IMG/VR virus record: IMGVR_UViG_3300045988_016855
Reading direction: 5' to 3' (one strand)
Length of the DNA: 37,207 nt
DNA from: a virus
Shown here in pieces: positions 8,457 to 17,414 of this stretch; the first letter of the stretch is position 1; the number at the start of each line of letters is the position of its first letter. The notes under the pieces were generated by a model. The model did not search any database. It was not told the origin of the DNA and saw nothing but the letters and a program-made list of their open reading frames with translations. Position numbers and translations under genes: made by a program.

Positions 8457-11400
8457 TAGATTCCCTCCCTTGCCATGATTTTAGAATAGCGTTGGTAGCT
8501 ATTTTGCGCCAAAACATTGCCATCTAGATAGGTTTCTGATGGTTTCTCAAGGATAGCAGTCAATAACTTTTCTAAACTTGACCTCAGAAACGCAATCTCA
8601 GCAACGACATTTTGACCATCGTACTCATTGCCACCTTTATTATCGATTAGCACGATTTCCCGATTGGCTTTTTCCATCTCTTTCAGAAATTTCGCATCCT
8701 CTGGAATACCGATACCGGACGCATACTTAGGAATTCCGAGTTTTTGCATCAAACGTCTGGTCTTATCCGCACGCAAGACCTTGGATCCACGAGGCAGTGG
8801 CATGATGACATCTCGACCTTCCGGGATGAAGCTCCGTCCATCTGGTAACGTGACCATCTCACGATAGACCGCATTGCGCTGGTCGTTGACCATAGCAAGT
8901 CCACCTGGGTGATAATCTGTACCATCTTTGTGCCCGAATAATCTTCCGACGGTATTCACCACACGATTGACTACTTCTGTAGCTGTGATGGTAGTATGCC
9001 AACTTGTAGGGATTGATTGAATAGCCCCGCTTGCAGAGTTCGCAGCATTAATTGCACTATTAGCATCACCAGTCATATACTTCGTAGGACTATAGAGGGC
9101 GTTCCATTCATTCTGCTTGTTGATAGCAGATTGTCCCGCATTTACTGCACTACTAGCATCCCCAACCTGTGGCTTAGTTGGCGATGGAGTTGCGTTCCAT
9201 TCATTCTGCTTGTTAATGGCAGATTGCCCTGCGTTGACGGCATTGCTTGCGTCTGCAGTGATTGGCTTCGTAGGTACTTGATAGTTGTTGACTGCTCCAT
9301 AAGCCTCAACGGCTTGATTCTTGCCGGCTACAGCACCACTTGCATCCGCATTGATGTTGGTGTTTGTCTCCTTCGGAATGTTCAGGATATCGTTCATTAC
9401 CTGGGAGATAACTTTGCTGGAATTGTCTTTCGCATTGATTGGGATATTAGGATTCATACCGACAAGCAAGTTAAGGGCTTGCTGGATTTTAGTAACCTCA
9501 CCAGTTGCTAAATCTTTAGCAATAAGCTCTTTCTGCTCAGGACTCAACTGATTCCATTTCTGCAAGGTAGAGATAGCAAGGTTCCCAGAGTTGAGGAATG
9601 CCTCGTTCTTCATCAGGAGTTCTTTGACTTCTGCTGGAAGGGCGTTCCATTGAGCGAGTGCCTCCTTGTTTTCAAGGATAGCCTGCATACCTTTGTGGCC
9701 GTCTAAAACAAGTTCTTTCTGTTCCAGAGTTAGCTCATTCCATTTACCAGTCTCGACCAAGGTCTCACCAATCAGCATCTTAGCGTTGGACTCAAGGTTG
9801 GCATTTTTCAAGATGAATTCAATCGAATTCCAACCATTTTCAGCTTCTAACACCTTGGAAATTTCTTCCTTGGCATTCGTCTTGACTTCGCCCTTTTTAT
9901 CATCAAATACGATTGAGTTCCAGACCATGTTAGCCTCAGAAGTTTCCTTGCTCATGTTAGCCATGGACTTCGCAACGATCCCAGATGATGTCGTGACAGT
10001 ATCAGCAGCAGAACGCATATACTCTTCGAATTGCTTCACATCGAGGCCTAATGCGCCCATACGAGATTTAGCGCCTCCTATGGCTTCTTTAGTCCATCTA
10101 CCATTATAATTGTCTAGGAAGTTCTTTTCTAATTCAAAATATTTCTGTTGGTAAGCTTCTTTTCTGGCAAGATGCTCTGCTTCCAGCTCATCTAACTTCT
10201 GATTACGTTCTTGAATTCCTTTTGCGGAGCCATCGTTTTTGTATGCCTCTTTGATAGCTTGCTTGCGCTTTTCGTAGACCTTCTCTTCTTCCAGAATCCA
10301 ATCTGTGACCACTTTCAACGCATCTTGACGCTGAGTTTCATTCATGGATTTGACATCGCCATTCATAGCTTGCATAATAGCATGTTTCTTATCCTTAGAA
10401 ATATTCAGCAAGTCTAATTCCTGGCTGATCATTTGGTTTTGGATGTTTGAGACGATAGCTTTCTCTTCAAGAGTCAGGTCTCTGTGCTGGTCCTTAGCGT
10501 TTTGATAGATACGACCAACCTCTTCGGTCATATTCCGGACATTTACTTTGGTTTGTTCGAGTTGCTCTTCTTGGTTCTTACGAACCTCCTCACTCATACC
10601 GACTTCTTTAGCGAGAGCTTGCAACTTCTCTTTCTTCTCATCGATCAGCTTGTCAATCTCACTGTTGAGTTTTTCAAAAGAAGCCTTGACATTATCGACA
10701 TTTCCAGCAGTTGCTCCAAAATCGACGATAGCCTTGTTTGCTTCATCAACCTTGGATTTGAAACCGCTCAGTTGTTCATCTTGAACCTTGCTGACGGACG
10801 TCCCCCAGCGCTGTGTCCTATTCTCAGCTTCTGCCATCTTCTCAGCTATATAAGACAAGCTAACTAATGCAGCTCCTCCCAAAAGGACTCCCCATGTAAC
10901 CGGGTTCCCAAGCAGTGTAATTCCTTTGGCAAGTGTGCCAGTGCTTGCAGCAGCCCCTTCAGCAGCAATCCCTGTTGAAGCCATTCCAGCGCTTGCTGTT
11001 TTAAAAGCTTCTGTCAGGCTACTTCCTTGTTTAAAGAGCTGGAAGGTTTTACTGAGAAGTGATAGTCCTCCTCCTACCTTACCGATTCCTTGTGTGAGAA
11101 AACCGATGCCTTTTGTGACTCCTCCGATTACTCCGATTCCTTTACCGAGAATTGATAGGGCTGGGCCAGCCCCAGCGGCAAGCAATCCCCATTTGATGAT
11201 ATTTTGCTGTTGTTCCGTACTCATTTCACTAAAAGCCTTAGCCATATCGGCTAACTTCTGAATCCACGGTTTAGCAGCTTGCAAACCAGAGTTCATCGCT
11301 TTTATGAGAGGACCACCAAATTCAATCGCTAAATCTGTAATCTGATTTTTAAAGATTTTAAGTTGAGATTCTGTTGTTTCGTATCGTTTTTTTGCCTCGG

Positions 11401-12742
11401 TAGTAAGTGCATTATTTTCCTTCCATGCCCCATTGGCAGTTTTCAGCGCCCGAGACAAGAGATCTCCTGCACCAGCCATACGTTGCATAGTGTCAATTTC
11501 TTGAGTTGATTTAATCCCAAGTTGTTTTAATGTTTGGGTCACATCCCCACCAGATGCCTTGACTTTTTTCAACCCATCCAAAAACGCAAGCATAGCGATT
11601 TGTGGCTCTGTCTTCCATGATTTAGCAAAATTTTCGGCGCTCATGCCGGCGACTTTTGCAAATTTGTCGAGTTTGTCCCCTCCTGAAAGAACCTGTGTGT
11701 TAATTTTTTGCATGACACGGGAGAAAGAACTACCCCCAGCCTCGGCATTAATACCTACAGAAGTCATAGCTGTTGCTAGAGCGAGAATTTGTGGTTCTGT
11801 TAACCCAACAAGATGCCCAGTCCCGGCAAGTCGTAGAGACATTTCGACGATTTCCGATTCAGTCGTTGCAAAGTTGTTTCCTAAGTCAACGATTGTTGAT
11901 CCTAGTCGTCTGAATTCTGACTGAGGCATTTGAGTGATATTGGCCAAACGAGCGAGAGAGATCGCCGCCTCATCTGCAGTCATGTTGGTCGATTCACCAA
12001 GGTCAATCATAGTTTTTGAAAAGTCTACGATATTCTTCTTCTTGATACCAAGTTGTCCGGCTGATTCTGCTACTTTTGCGATTTCTACTGCGCTTGCCGG
12101 CATCACTTTTGATGCTTCGCGAATTGCACTAGACATCTTTTTGTATTCACCTTCTGTAGCATCTACGGTCTTTCTTACACCGGCGAAAGCTGATTCATAA
12201 TCGACTGCCGCCTTGACTGCAAATCCAGCACTAGCGACAAGTGGTGCAGTAATCCCCTTTGTTAGCGTCCCACCGAAGTCAGATACTTTCTTACCAAAGT
12301 TCTGGATGTGCTCTCCGCTTTTAACAAGATTCTTCCCTAAAGCTTCCATTTTACCTGAGAAGCTATTCTCACGCCCTACAGCTTTTAAGGCTTGTTCAAC
12401 TTTGTACAATTGGCCTTCCATTGCTGCCAACTTCGCATTCTCACGCTCAATATCAGCAGCGGCTTTATCAAATTTAGCAGACCCTGGATCAAGCTTATCA
12501 AAGTTCTGCTTCATCTGATCGAGTACATTTTTTTGTGCTTGAATGGCTTGGCCTAAAGACTTATATTTAGCTTTAAGCAATTCTGTACTCTTGCCATTAC
12601 TTTTTAAAGTGCTGTCGAGTGCCTTGACGTTGTTTTGGAAATACTTCACTGCATTCTTTGCACTTGTTAAGCTAGGATTGAACTTTGACACGTCCAGCCC
12701 TAGTTCTATATACATTTGTCCTAGTGGCGTTCCACCTGCCAT
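8456..12742 (-). CDS. Tail tape measure protein (1428 aa)
   Basis: ORF track. Supported by size, coiled-coil and Gly/Ala-rich TM-like central segment, and position after the frameshifted chaperones. Confidence 0.9.
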   Translation of the reverse strand: MAGGTPLGQMYIELGLDVSKFNPSLTSAKNAVKYFQNNVKALDSTLKSNGKSTELLKAKYKSLGQAIQAQKNVLDQMKQNFDKLDPGSAKFDKAAADIERENAKLAAMEGQLYKVEQALKAVGRENSFSGKMEALGKNLVKSGEHIQNFGKKVSDFGGTLTKGITAPLVASAGFAVKAAVDYESAFAGVRKTVDATEGEYKKMSSAIREASKVMPASAVEIAKVAESAGQLGIKKKNIVDFSKTMIDLGESTNMTADEAAISLARLANITQMPQSEFRRLGSTIVDLGNNFATTESEIVEMSLRLAGTGHLVGLTEPQILALATAMTSVGINAEAGGSSFSRVMQKINTQVLSGGDKLDKFAKVAGMSAENFAKSWKTEPQIAMLAFLDGLKKVKASGGDVTQTLKQLGIKSTQEIDTMQRMAGAGDLLSRALKTANGAWKENNALTTEAKKRYETTESQLKIFKNQITDLAIEFGGPLIKAMNSGLQAAKPWIQKLADMAKAFSEMSTEQQQNIIKWGLLAAGAGPALSILGKGIGVIGGVTKGIGFLTQGIGKVGGGLSLLSKTFQLFKQGSSLTEAFKTASAGMASTGIAAEGAAASTGTLAKGITLLGNPVTWGVLLGGAALVSLSYIAEKMAEAENRTQRWGTSVSKVQDEQLSGFKSKVDEANKAIVDFGATAGNVDNVKASFEKLNSEIDKLIDEKKEKLQALAKEVGMSEEVRKNQEEQLEQTKVNVRNMTEEVGRIYQNAKDQHRDLTLEEKAIVSNIQNQMISQELDLLNISKDKKHAIMQAMNGDVKSMNETQRQDALKVVTDWILEEEKVYEKRKQAIKEAYKNDGSAKGIQERNQKLDELEAEHLARKEAYQQKYFELEKNFLDNYNGRWTKEAIGGAKSRMGALGLDVKQFEEYMRSAADTVTTSSGIVAKSMANMSKETSEANMVWNSIVFDDKKGEVKTNAKEEISKVLEAENGWNSIEFILKNANLESNAKMLIGETLVETGKWNELTLEQKELVLDGHKGMQAILENKEALAQWNALPAEVKELLMKNEAFLNSGNLAISTLQKWNQLSPEQKELIAKDLATGEVTKIQQALNLLVGMNPNIPINAKDNSSKVISQVMNDILNIPKETNTNINADASGAVAGKNQAVEAYGAVNNYQVPTKPITADASNAVNAGQSAINKQNEWNATPSPTKPQVGDASSAVNAGQSAINKQNEWNALYSPTKYMTGDANSAINAANSASGAIQSIPTSWHTTITATEVVNRVVNTVGRLFGHKDGTDYHPGGLAMVNDQRNAVYREMVTLPDGRSFIPEGRDVIMPLPRGSKVLRADKTRRLMQKLGIPKYASGIGIPEDAKFLKEMEKANREIVLIDNKGGNEYDGQNVVAEIAFLRSSLEKLLTAILEKPSETYLDGNVLAQNSYQRYSKIMAREGI
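9101..9286. repeat. Two tandem 93-bp (31-aa) units inside the tape measure gene, with a further partial unit to the left
   Basis: GTTCCATTCATTCTGCTTGTT recurs at 9101 and 9194. The protein repeat is DAS(N/S)AVNAGQSAINKQNEWNA... Confidence 0.8.
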
Positions 12743-12760
12743 TTTTCCTCCTTCGAAATA

Positions 12761-12783
12761 AAAAAAGCCTTTAATAAGGCTTT
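12761..12783 (-). terminator. Weak hairpin plus T-run just upstream of the tape measure RBS
   Basis: On the minus strand, AAAGCCTT-ATTA-AAGGCTTT followed by TTTTT. The stem is short and AT-rich, so this may only attenuate. Confidence 0.3.
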
Positions 12784-12786
12784 ACT

Positions 12787-13265
12787 TTATATCCCGTCAA
12801 ATATGTCTGCAATATCTAGCGGAGTTTCGTCTTCCGGGTCGCTACTTGTATCGACGATACCGATTAAGTCATCCCAACTAATATCCATAACCTCATTGAT
12901 ACTCATATTGTACGGACCATTAGAGACATTTTTGACAAATTTATAAAAATGCTTTAAAGCATCTTTGGGATCTATTGTTTCCCCTTTGGGTCCACATCAC
13001 CTACCAGATGAGCGTAGATGTCCATAAATACTTCAATGATTTTCGCAAAGTCTGTGTGCTCCAGCAATTGTTCAACTGTAACATTTTCAAAAAGCGAAGC
13101 GATAAAGTTTAACTGTTGATCCAATTTTTCAACTTCTGACTTTTCAGACGTGAGCGAGTCATTGAGCACAAGATAGTCACGATAGTCACGAGTAGTGATT
13201 TCTTTACTGGAGTATAGGACATCTTCGCCTTTCTCGTTCTTCATAGTGAATGTAATTTTAGCCAT
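12787..13265 (-). CDS. Tail assembly chaperone, -1 frameshift fusion product (gpGT-like)
   Basis: The -1 frame stays open from the slippery site to a TAA at 12787-12789. The extension reads ...KGETIDPKDALKHFYKFVKNVSNGPYNMSINEVMDISWDDLIGIVDTSSDPEDETPLDIADIFDGI. Position is canonical, between the major tail and tape measure genes. Confidence 0.65.
12972..13265 (-). CDS. Tail assembly chaperone (gpG-like, zero-frame product, 97 aa)
   Basis: ORF track; position upstream of the tape measure gene. Confidence 0.75.
   Translation of the reverse strand: MAKITFTMKNEKGEDVLYSSKEITTRDYRDYLVLNDSLTSEKSEVEKLDQQLNFIASLFENVTVEQLLEHTDFAKIIEVFMDIYAHLVGDVDPKGKQ
12981..12987 (-). promoter_or_regulatory. Slippery heptamer A_AAG_GGG for programmed -1 ribosomal frameshifting
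   Basis: The minus strand reads cca aag ggg aaa caa tag, which matches the X_XXY_YYZ pattern three codons before the stop. Confidence 0.6.
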
Positions 13266-13283
13266 TTTGTTTTCCCTTCTAAA

Positions 13284-13308
13284 TTAAAAAGCACCTTGCG
13301 GTGCCTTC
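13284..13308 (-). terminator. Rho-independent terminator after the moron gene
   Basis: On the minus strand, AAGGCACC-GCAA-GGTGCTT followed by TTTTAATTT. Confidence 0.7.
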
Positions 13309-13310
13309 TT

Positions 13311-13946
13311 TTATTTCGTCCAGTTATTTTTCCCGAATTCGACCTTTGTGACATCCTTAGACGCATTACTTTGCTTCATCGCAAAAATGATAGTCACATG
13401 ACCTTCCTTGCCAGCCTGGAAGACGACGCTGGAATCCGAATTGATAGCTACAGTATTGTCATTTGAAACTACCGAGTCAAATCCAAGATATTCCCCATCT
13501 TCGTCACTCGCAAAGAATTTTCTAGGGTTTAATTCAACATTTGATGTATCCTTGTTATTGATTGTCAGGGTGACGGTGACAGCTTTGTACTCATTTTTAT
13601 CATGTTCCATAGCGAGTAACCCTGAAGTGTCTTTTTTCGGTTCCCCAACTGTTATTTCAGTCTGATTAAACAGGACCGGTTCCCCGAACTGATAGCGATA
13701 TTCTCCTTCGCTTAATGTAAAATCAATAGCCTCAGAAGCAAGCGTATGATCTACTGCGAAGACGTAAGTAAAGAATCTAGATTTGATATTTTCAATCTGT
13801 TCCTTGTCTTCTTTGAGACTCTCATATTTCTTTTCTAGCTTGGATTTCTCACTCATCGCAGAGAATAACAGCCCTGACATCGTTACTAGACCGATACCAA
13901 ATGCAATAGTTAATAAAATCAAAATCGAATGTTTATTCTTTTTCAT
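13311..13946 (-). CDS. Membrane-anchored moron protein (211 aa from the Met at 13946) with a beta-sandwich (DUF4352-like) ectodomain
   Basis: ORF track 13311..13961, trimmed to MKKNKHSILILLTIAFGIGLV, which is preceded by GGAGG. N-terminal signal-anchor, coiled coil, then a beta-rich domain. Domain call is from memory. Confidence 0.7.
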   Translation of the reverse strand: MKKNKHSILILLTIAFGIGLVTMSGLLFSAMSEKSKLEKKYESLKEDKEQIENIKSRFFTYVFAVDHTLASEAIDFTLSEGEYRYQFGEPVLFNQTEITVGEPKKDTSGLLAMEHDKNEYKAVTVTLTINNKDTSNVELNPRKFFASDEDGEYLGFDSVVSNDNTVAINSDSSVVFQAGKEGHVTIIFAMKQSNASKDVTKVEFGKNNWTK

Positions 13947-13965
13947 CGCAAACCTCCACAATCTT

Positions 13966-13994
13966 ATTTTACCAAAACTTGAAAAGGTTTACAA
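13966..13994 (-). promoter_or_regulatory. Sigma-A promoter TTGTAA-17 nt-TAAAAT with TGn extension, driving the moron
   Basis: The minus strand reads TTGTAAaccttttcaagttttggTAAAAT; it lies between two terminators inside the tail operon. Confidence 0.6.
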
Positions 13995-14007
13995 TATTAA
14001 GATAATA

Positions 14008-14031
14008 AAACAAAGGGGCTAGATGCCCCCG
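14008..14031 (-). terminator. Rho-independent terminator after the major tail protein gene
   Basis: On the minus strand, GGGGC-ATCTA-GCCCC followed by TTTGTTTT. Confidence 0.7.
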
Positions 14032-14038
14032 TTTCATT

Positions 14039-14641
14039 TTATCCGCCTGCTACGATACCAAGTTTAGTTTTAAGTTTTTGTACCTTAGTATCATCCTTAC
14101 CGAAGTACATAGCTCCGTACTTGTCTTTTGAGTCTTCTGCAGTAGAAGCCCCAGCTGTGAAGGTTACGTTGGTGGTCGCAAGTTCGTCCGCTTTGTCCTT
14201 GATCGTGTTCAAGTCGATGGCATCCATTGAGAGATTCCCTTTGTAGAATCCGTAAAGGGCAAGCTCTCCGCTTGCTGTACTTGATTCAAGCAAGATAGAT
14301 ACATCCGCTGATACAGTGTCAGCACCAAATTCAAGAATATCATCTGTATCAGTGTATCCAAGAGCTTTAGCGTACAATGCAACTGGGATGTCCAAGAGTC
14401 CCAACTCAACCTTCAAGTCACCCACACCACGATTATTTACGTGGTAAGCGATGTTGCTACCAAATGTCTTGGTAGGGTCATTTGCAAGACCAGTGATTTT
14501 AGCAGTTTGTGTAGCACCTTCTCCTTTTTTACCTTGGATAGTAAAGACGTTAGTGCCTTCGGTTGGTGTTCCGCCATCTAAGATGCGAACTGTCAAACTC
14601 TTAAAGCCGACTGTTGCTGTACCTTGTTTTTCTTTTCCCAT
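14039..14641 (-). CDS. Major tail protein
   Basis: ORF track. 200 aa, Gly/Thr-rich beta protein, in the canonical position upstream of the chaperones. Confidence 0.75.
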   Translation of the reverse strand: MGKEKQGTATVGFKSLTVRILDGGTPTEGTNVFTIQGKKGEGATQTAKITGLANDPTKTFGSNIAYHVNNRGVGDLKVELGLLDIPVALYAKALGYTDTDDILEFGADTVSADVSILLESSTASGELALYGFYKGNLSMDAIDLNTIKDKADELATTNVTFTAGASTAEDSKDKYGAMYFGKDDTKVQKLKTKLGIVAGG

Positions 14642-14657
14642 TATTTAAAATTCCTTT

Positions 14658-15038
14658 CTAATAGTCGTCATACAGAGAGCTTTTTCCTCTGTATGTCCGA
14701 GCATCTGCATAACGTTTAATTTCTGGGATCCATGTATCTAGACCCCCGTCCGTTTGGTAGAAGCCTTCTGACTCCATGATTTTCTCAACAGCACCTTGCA
14801 ATTCCTTGCATTTGATGCGATCAGCAGACTCTACGTTGATTTGATAGAGAAAAGTCTTTGACAGACTTGTATTGCTCCCACGGTCGCTTTGAAGAGGAGG
14901 GCCGACCGGAATGATGACAATGCTCGGCTCCTTCTCAGAAAGCGTCTCAGGACGTTTAAACGACTTGATACAAATCCCAGAAAGATTTTCATCGCTTTTT
15001 AAGGCGTTGTAAATTTCGGTCAATTTATCTTTAATCAT
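14658..15038 (-). CDS. Tail completion / tail terminator-like protein
   Basis: ORF track; position between the gp10-like gene and the major tail protein. Confidence 0.5.
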   Translation of the reverse strand: MIKDKLTEIYNALKSDENLSGICIKSFKRPETLSEKEPSIVIIPVGPPLQSDRGSNTSLSKTFLYQINVESADRIKCKELQGAVEKIMESEGFYQTDGGLDTWIPEIKRYADARTYRGKSSLYDDY

Positions 15039-15448
15039 CCAAGTCCCTCCGCTTTTAGTTTAGAAGCCAGTCTGTATTTAAACTTCTCTTTGTTCGCCTC
15101 TGAAAATCTTCGAATTATGCCAAATCCTCGAGGATGTGCCTTCTTCGCATAGCCAAATTCACTCAAGTGGACCAAGCGCCATCGTGAACCGGCACCAAAT
15201 CCAAGCTTAACCATTGGGACACCTTCAAAGCTTCCAGTGACATTTCCGACAGTCGCACTTGCGATTGTCTCACCAGTATCTTTGTAGACTCCCAAGGCAC
15301 CCTTAAAATCTTCCAAGGTCTCGGTCGCAGCACCTTTCAGTGCCTTGTTGGCTGACCGTCTCACCTTTTCGTCTCCGAGCTTGGCTTCTAGATTCCGGAT
15401 CACTTCCTCGAATCCGACCAGTGTCGCACCACTACTCATCCCGACCAC
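15035..15448 (-). CDS. HK97 gp10-like head-tail joining protein
   Basis: ORF track; gene order and size; overlapping stop/start with neighbours. Confidence 0.55.
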   Translation of the reverse strand: MVGMSSGATLVGFEEVIRNLEAKLGDEKVRRSANKALKGAATETLEDFKGALGVYKDTGETIASATVGNVTGSFEGVPMVKLGFGAGSRWRLVHLSEFGYAKKAHPRGFGIIRRFSEANKEKFKYRLASKLKAEGLG

Positions 15449-15809
15449 CTCCGATAATGACGATTAAGAAATCACGATTATCATAATCAGGACGAACATC
15501 TATGATGTTCCAGTGTTTACCTTGTAAACGCTGGTCCATCACTTCCACAAAGTGCCGAACATCTGGCTGATAGCTAGTCAGTGGGTCCCGAATTTTCAGA
15601 GTCATTTTGGCAACCATGGATTTACCAGTGGAGATTTCAATATCCTTCATGCTAGGTGAGTAGGCTTTCGCAAAAGTGAAAAATGCCTTCTCAAAGCTAA
15701 CATCACGACCATCCAAACTATCCTCCACCTTAGAAGTATAGAAGGTGACAGGCGTTCTTAGGTCCCCATTGGTTGCTTCCGGTTGCTTGTATTTAAAGTT
15801 AGGCTTCAA
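15432..15809 (-). CDS. Head closure / head-tail adaptor protein
   Basis: ORF track; gene order. Confidence 0.55.
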   Translation of the reverse strand: MKPNFKYKQPEATNGDLRTPVTFYTSKVEDSLDGRDVSFEKAFFTFAKAYSPSMKDIEISTGKSMVAKMTLKIRDPLTSYQPDVRHFVEVMDQRLQGKHWNIIDVRPDYDNRDFLIVIIGGGRDE

Positions 15810-15990
15810 TGCCCTGTGTTGCTACTTCTTCTGTTGTCGTTTTAGGAGCAGTCCCGACCACTGGATTGATGAAACCAGGTAGTTTTTCCATCAGTTCCTT
15901 TTGTCGAGCTTCATCCGTTTCAAATGTGGTTCCGACTTTGCGGAGCACATTTTCTTTTAAATCGAAAAATTCTTTTAAAACTTCGACCAT
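15799..15990 (-). CDS. Small head-module protein (63 aa), unknown
   Basis: ORF track; tightly packed within the operon. Confidence 0.45.
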   Translation of the reverse strand: MVEVLKEFFDLKENVLRKVGTTFETDEARQKELMEKLPGFINPVVGTAPKTTTEEVATQGIEA

Positions 15991-15998
15991 GTTCCCTC

Positions 15999-16271
15999 CT
16001 ACTGATAATTATTAAGAGACAGTTCCAAAATCTCACCCTGGAAATTCGCATAGAAAAACTCAACCTGGTCATTATAGAGATATCTCGAACGCTCAAGGAT
16101 TAATTCTTCCACACGGCTATCGCTGGCATCAAATGAATCCGTAAGGTCCAGAATCGCTCTTTCTGACGAAGTGAGCATGCGTGAGAGATTGGCATCCTCT
16201 GCATCATGAAAGATTTTCATCCGCTCCTTGAATGCTCCTAGAAGCGGATGAAGTTGTTTAGTTTCTTCCAT
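15999..16271 (-). CDS. gp6-like head-tail connector protein
   Basis: ORF track; directly downstream of the major capsid gene. Confidence 0.5.
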   Translation of the reverse strand: MEETKQLHPLLGAFKERMKIFHDAEDANLSRMLTSSERAILDLTDSFDASDSRVEELILERSRYLYNDQVEFFYANFQGEILELSLNNYQ

Positions 16272-16287
16272 TCGGTGTCACCACCTA

Positions 16288-17400
16288 TTATTTAATTTTC
16301 AATTCCCAAACAGCAGCAGTCTTCTCATCGTGAGCCTTACCATAAGCAAATTGCTTAGCAGTGTAGAGGTTCAAATCTTCGAGAGCGTAAGTCTCAGTGA
16401 AGCGACCAAACTCGATTCCACCACCTACGAATGCATCATAGCGCCCTTTAACAAATGTAGTCACTTTACCAGCAGTCTGAGCAACTGACTCAACCAAGAT
16501 CAAGTTGTACGGCATTGCAGTCACATACGCTCCTTGAGCGTTCAAGGAAGTGTATTGTTTCTTGACATCCCATGCATCTGCTGGGTTGACCACCATCACG
16601 ACATTCCCTTCAACTGCCACTGGATTGCCGTCAGACTTAACAGAGTGATGTTTGTACACCGCAGTCAATTCTTTGACAACAGTTGCAGAGTCAGCAAATG
16701 TAAGCTTTGCAGTTTCAACAGCTTTTTCTGCATAAGTTGTTTTACCACCAGACGCAGTTCCAGTGAGGGTACGAGATAGACCAATAGGTTTGTCGTCTCC
16801 GTCACCGTTCAAGAAAGCAGCTTCCAAAGCAGCAGCAAACGCTTCTGTGATTTGAGCAGAAACGAATGATTGCAACCAAGCAGGTCCAAATTTTTCAGAG
16901 TCTTTAGGAATGACTACAAAGGCAGTCAATTTATTTTGAATAGTTTCTTCTTCGTTGAAGGCTTGTTTCAATTGACCTTGAATTTCCCCGTTGATCTTGC
17001 CCCAAACAGCTTGTCCAGTTTGAGTTGATTTGAGGAATTTAAGGCGGATGCCAGCATTGCGCAATCCAAGATGTTGCAAGAGCGGGCGAGATTTCACCAT
17101 ATCATCAAAGATACGGTCGATTGTTTCTTGTGGGAAGAGTTTTTCTACTCCCACAGGAGCAGTCTTGTCGATGTCGTTGAAGAACTCACGAGCTTCTGCA
17201 GTCAATTTAGCATCATAAGGATTCATTGCTGAAACTTCCTCATGAGCAGCATGACGAGCTTGTTCCATCATTTCGTTAGTCATCGACTCGATCATTTCAT
17301 TGTAGAGTTTCGCTTGTTCTTCTTGAGGTGCACCATTTGATACAGCGTTCAAAAAGTTCTGACGAATTTTATTGAATTTGTTTGATAATTGCATTGGCAT
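16288..17400 (-). CDS. Major capsid protein, HK97 family
   Basis: ORF track. 370 aa, follows the ClpP-like prohead protease, and has a typical N-terminal delta-domain-like helical region. Confidence 0.85.
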   Translation of the reverse strand: MPMQLSNKFNKIRQNFLNAVSNGAPQEEQAKLYNEMIESMTNEMMEQARHAAHEEVSAMNPYDAKLTAEAREFFNDIDKTAPVGVEKLFPQETIDRIFDDMVKSRPLLQHLGLRNAGIRLKFLKSTQTGQAVWGKINGEIQGQLKQAFNEEETIQNKLTAFVVIPKDSEKFGPAWLQSFVSAQITEAFAAALEAAFLNGDGDDKPIGLSRTLTGTASGGKTTYAEKAVETAKLTFADSATVVKELTAVYKHHSVKSDGNPVAVEGNVVMVVNPADAWDVKKQYTSLNAQGAYVTAMPYNLILVESVAQTAGKVTTFVKGRYDAFVGGGIEFGRFTETYALEDLNLYTAKQFAYGKAHDEKTAAVWELKIK

Positions 17401-17414
17401 TAGTATTTTCCTTT

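Noticed and set aside
8628-12761. Series of plus-strand ORFs (60-164 aa) inside the tape measure gene
   Set aside because: All are antisense to a 1428-aa gene with clear tape measure features. Their Ser/Pro/Leu-rich translations are typical of shadow frames.
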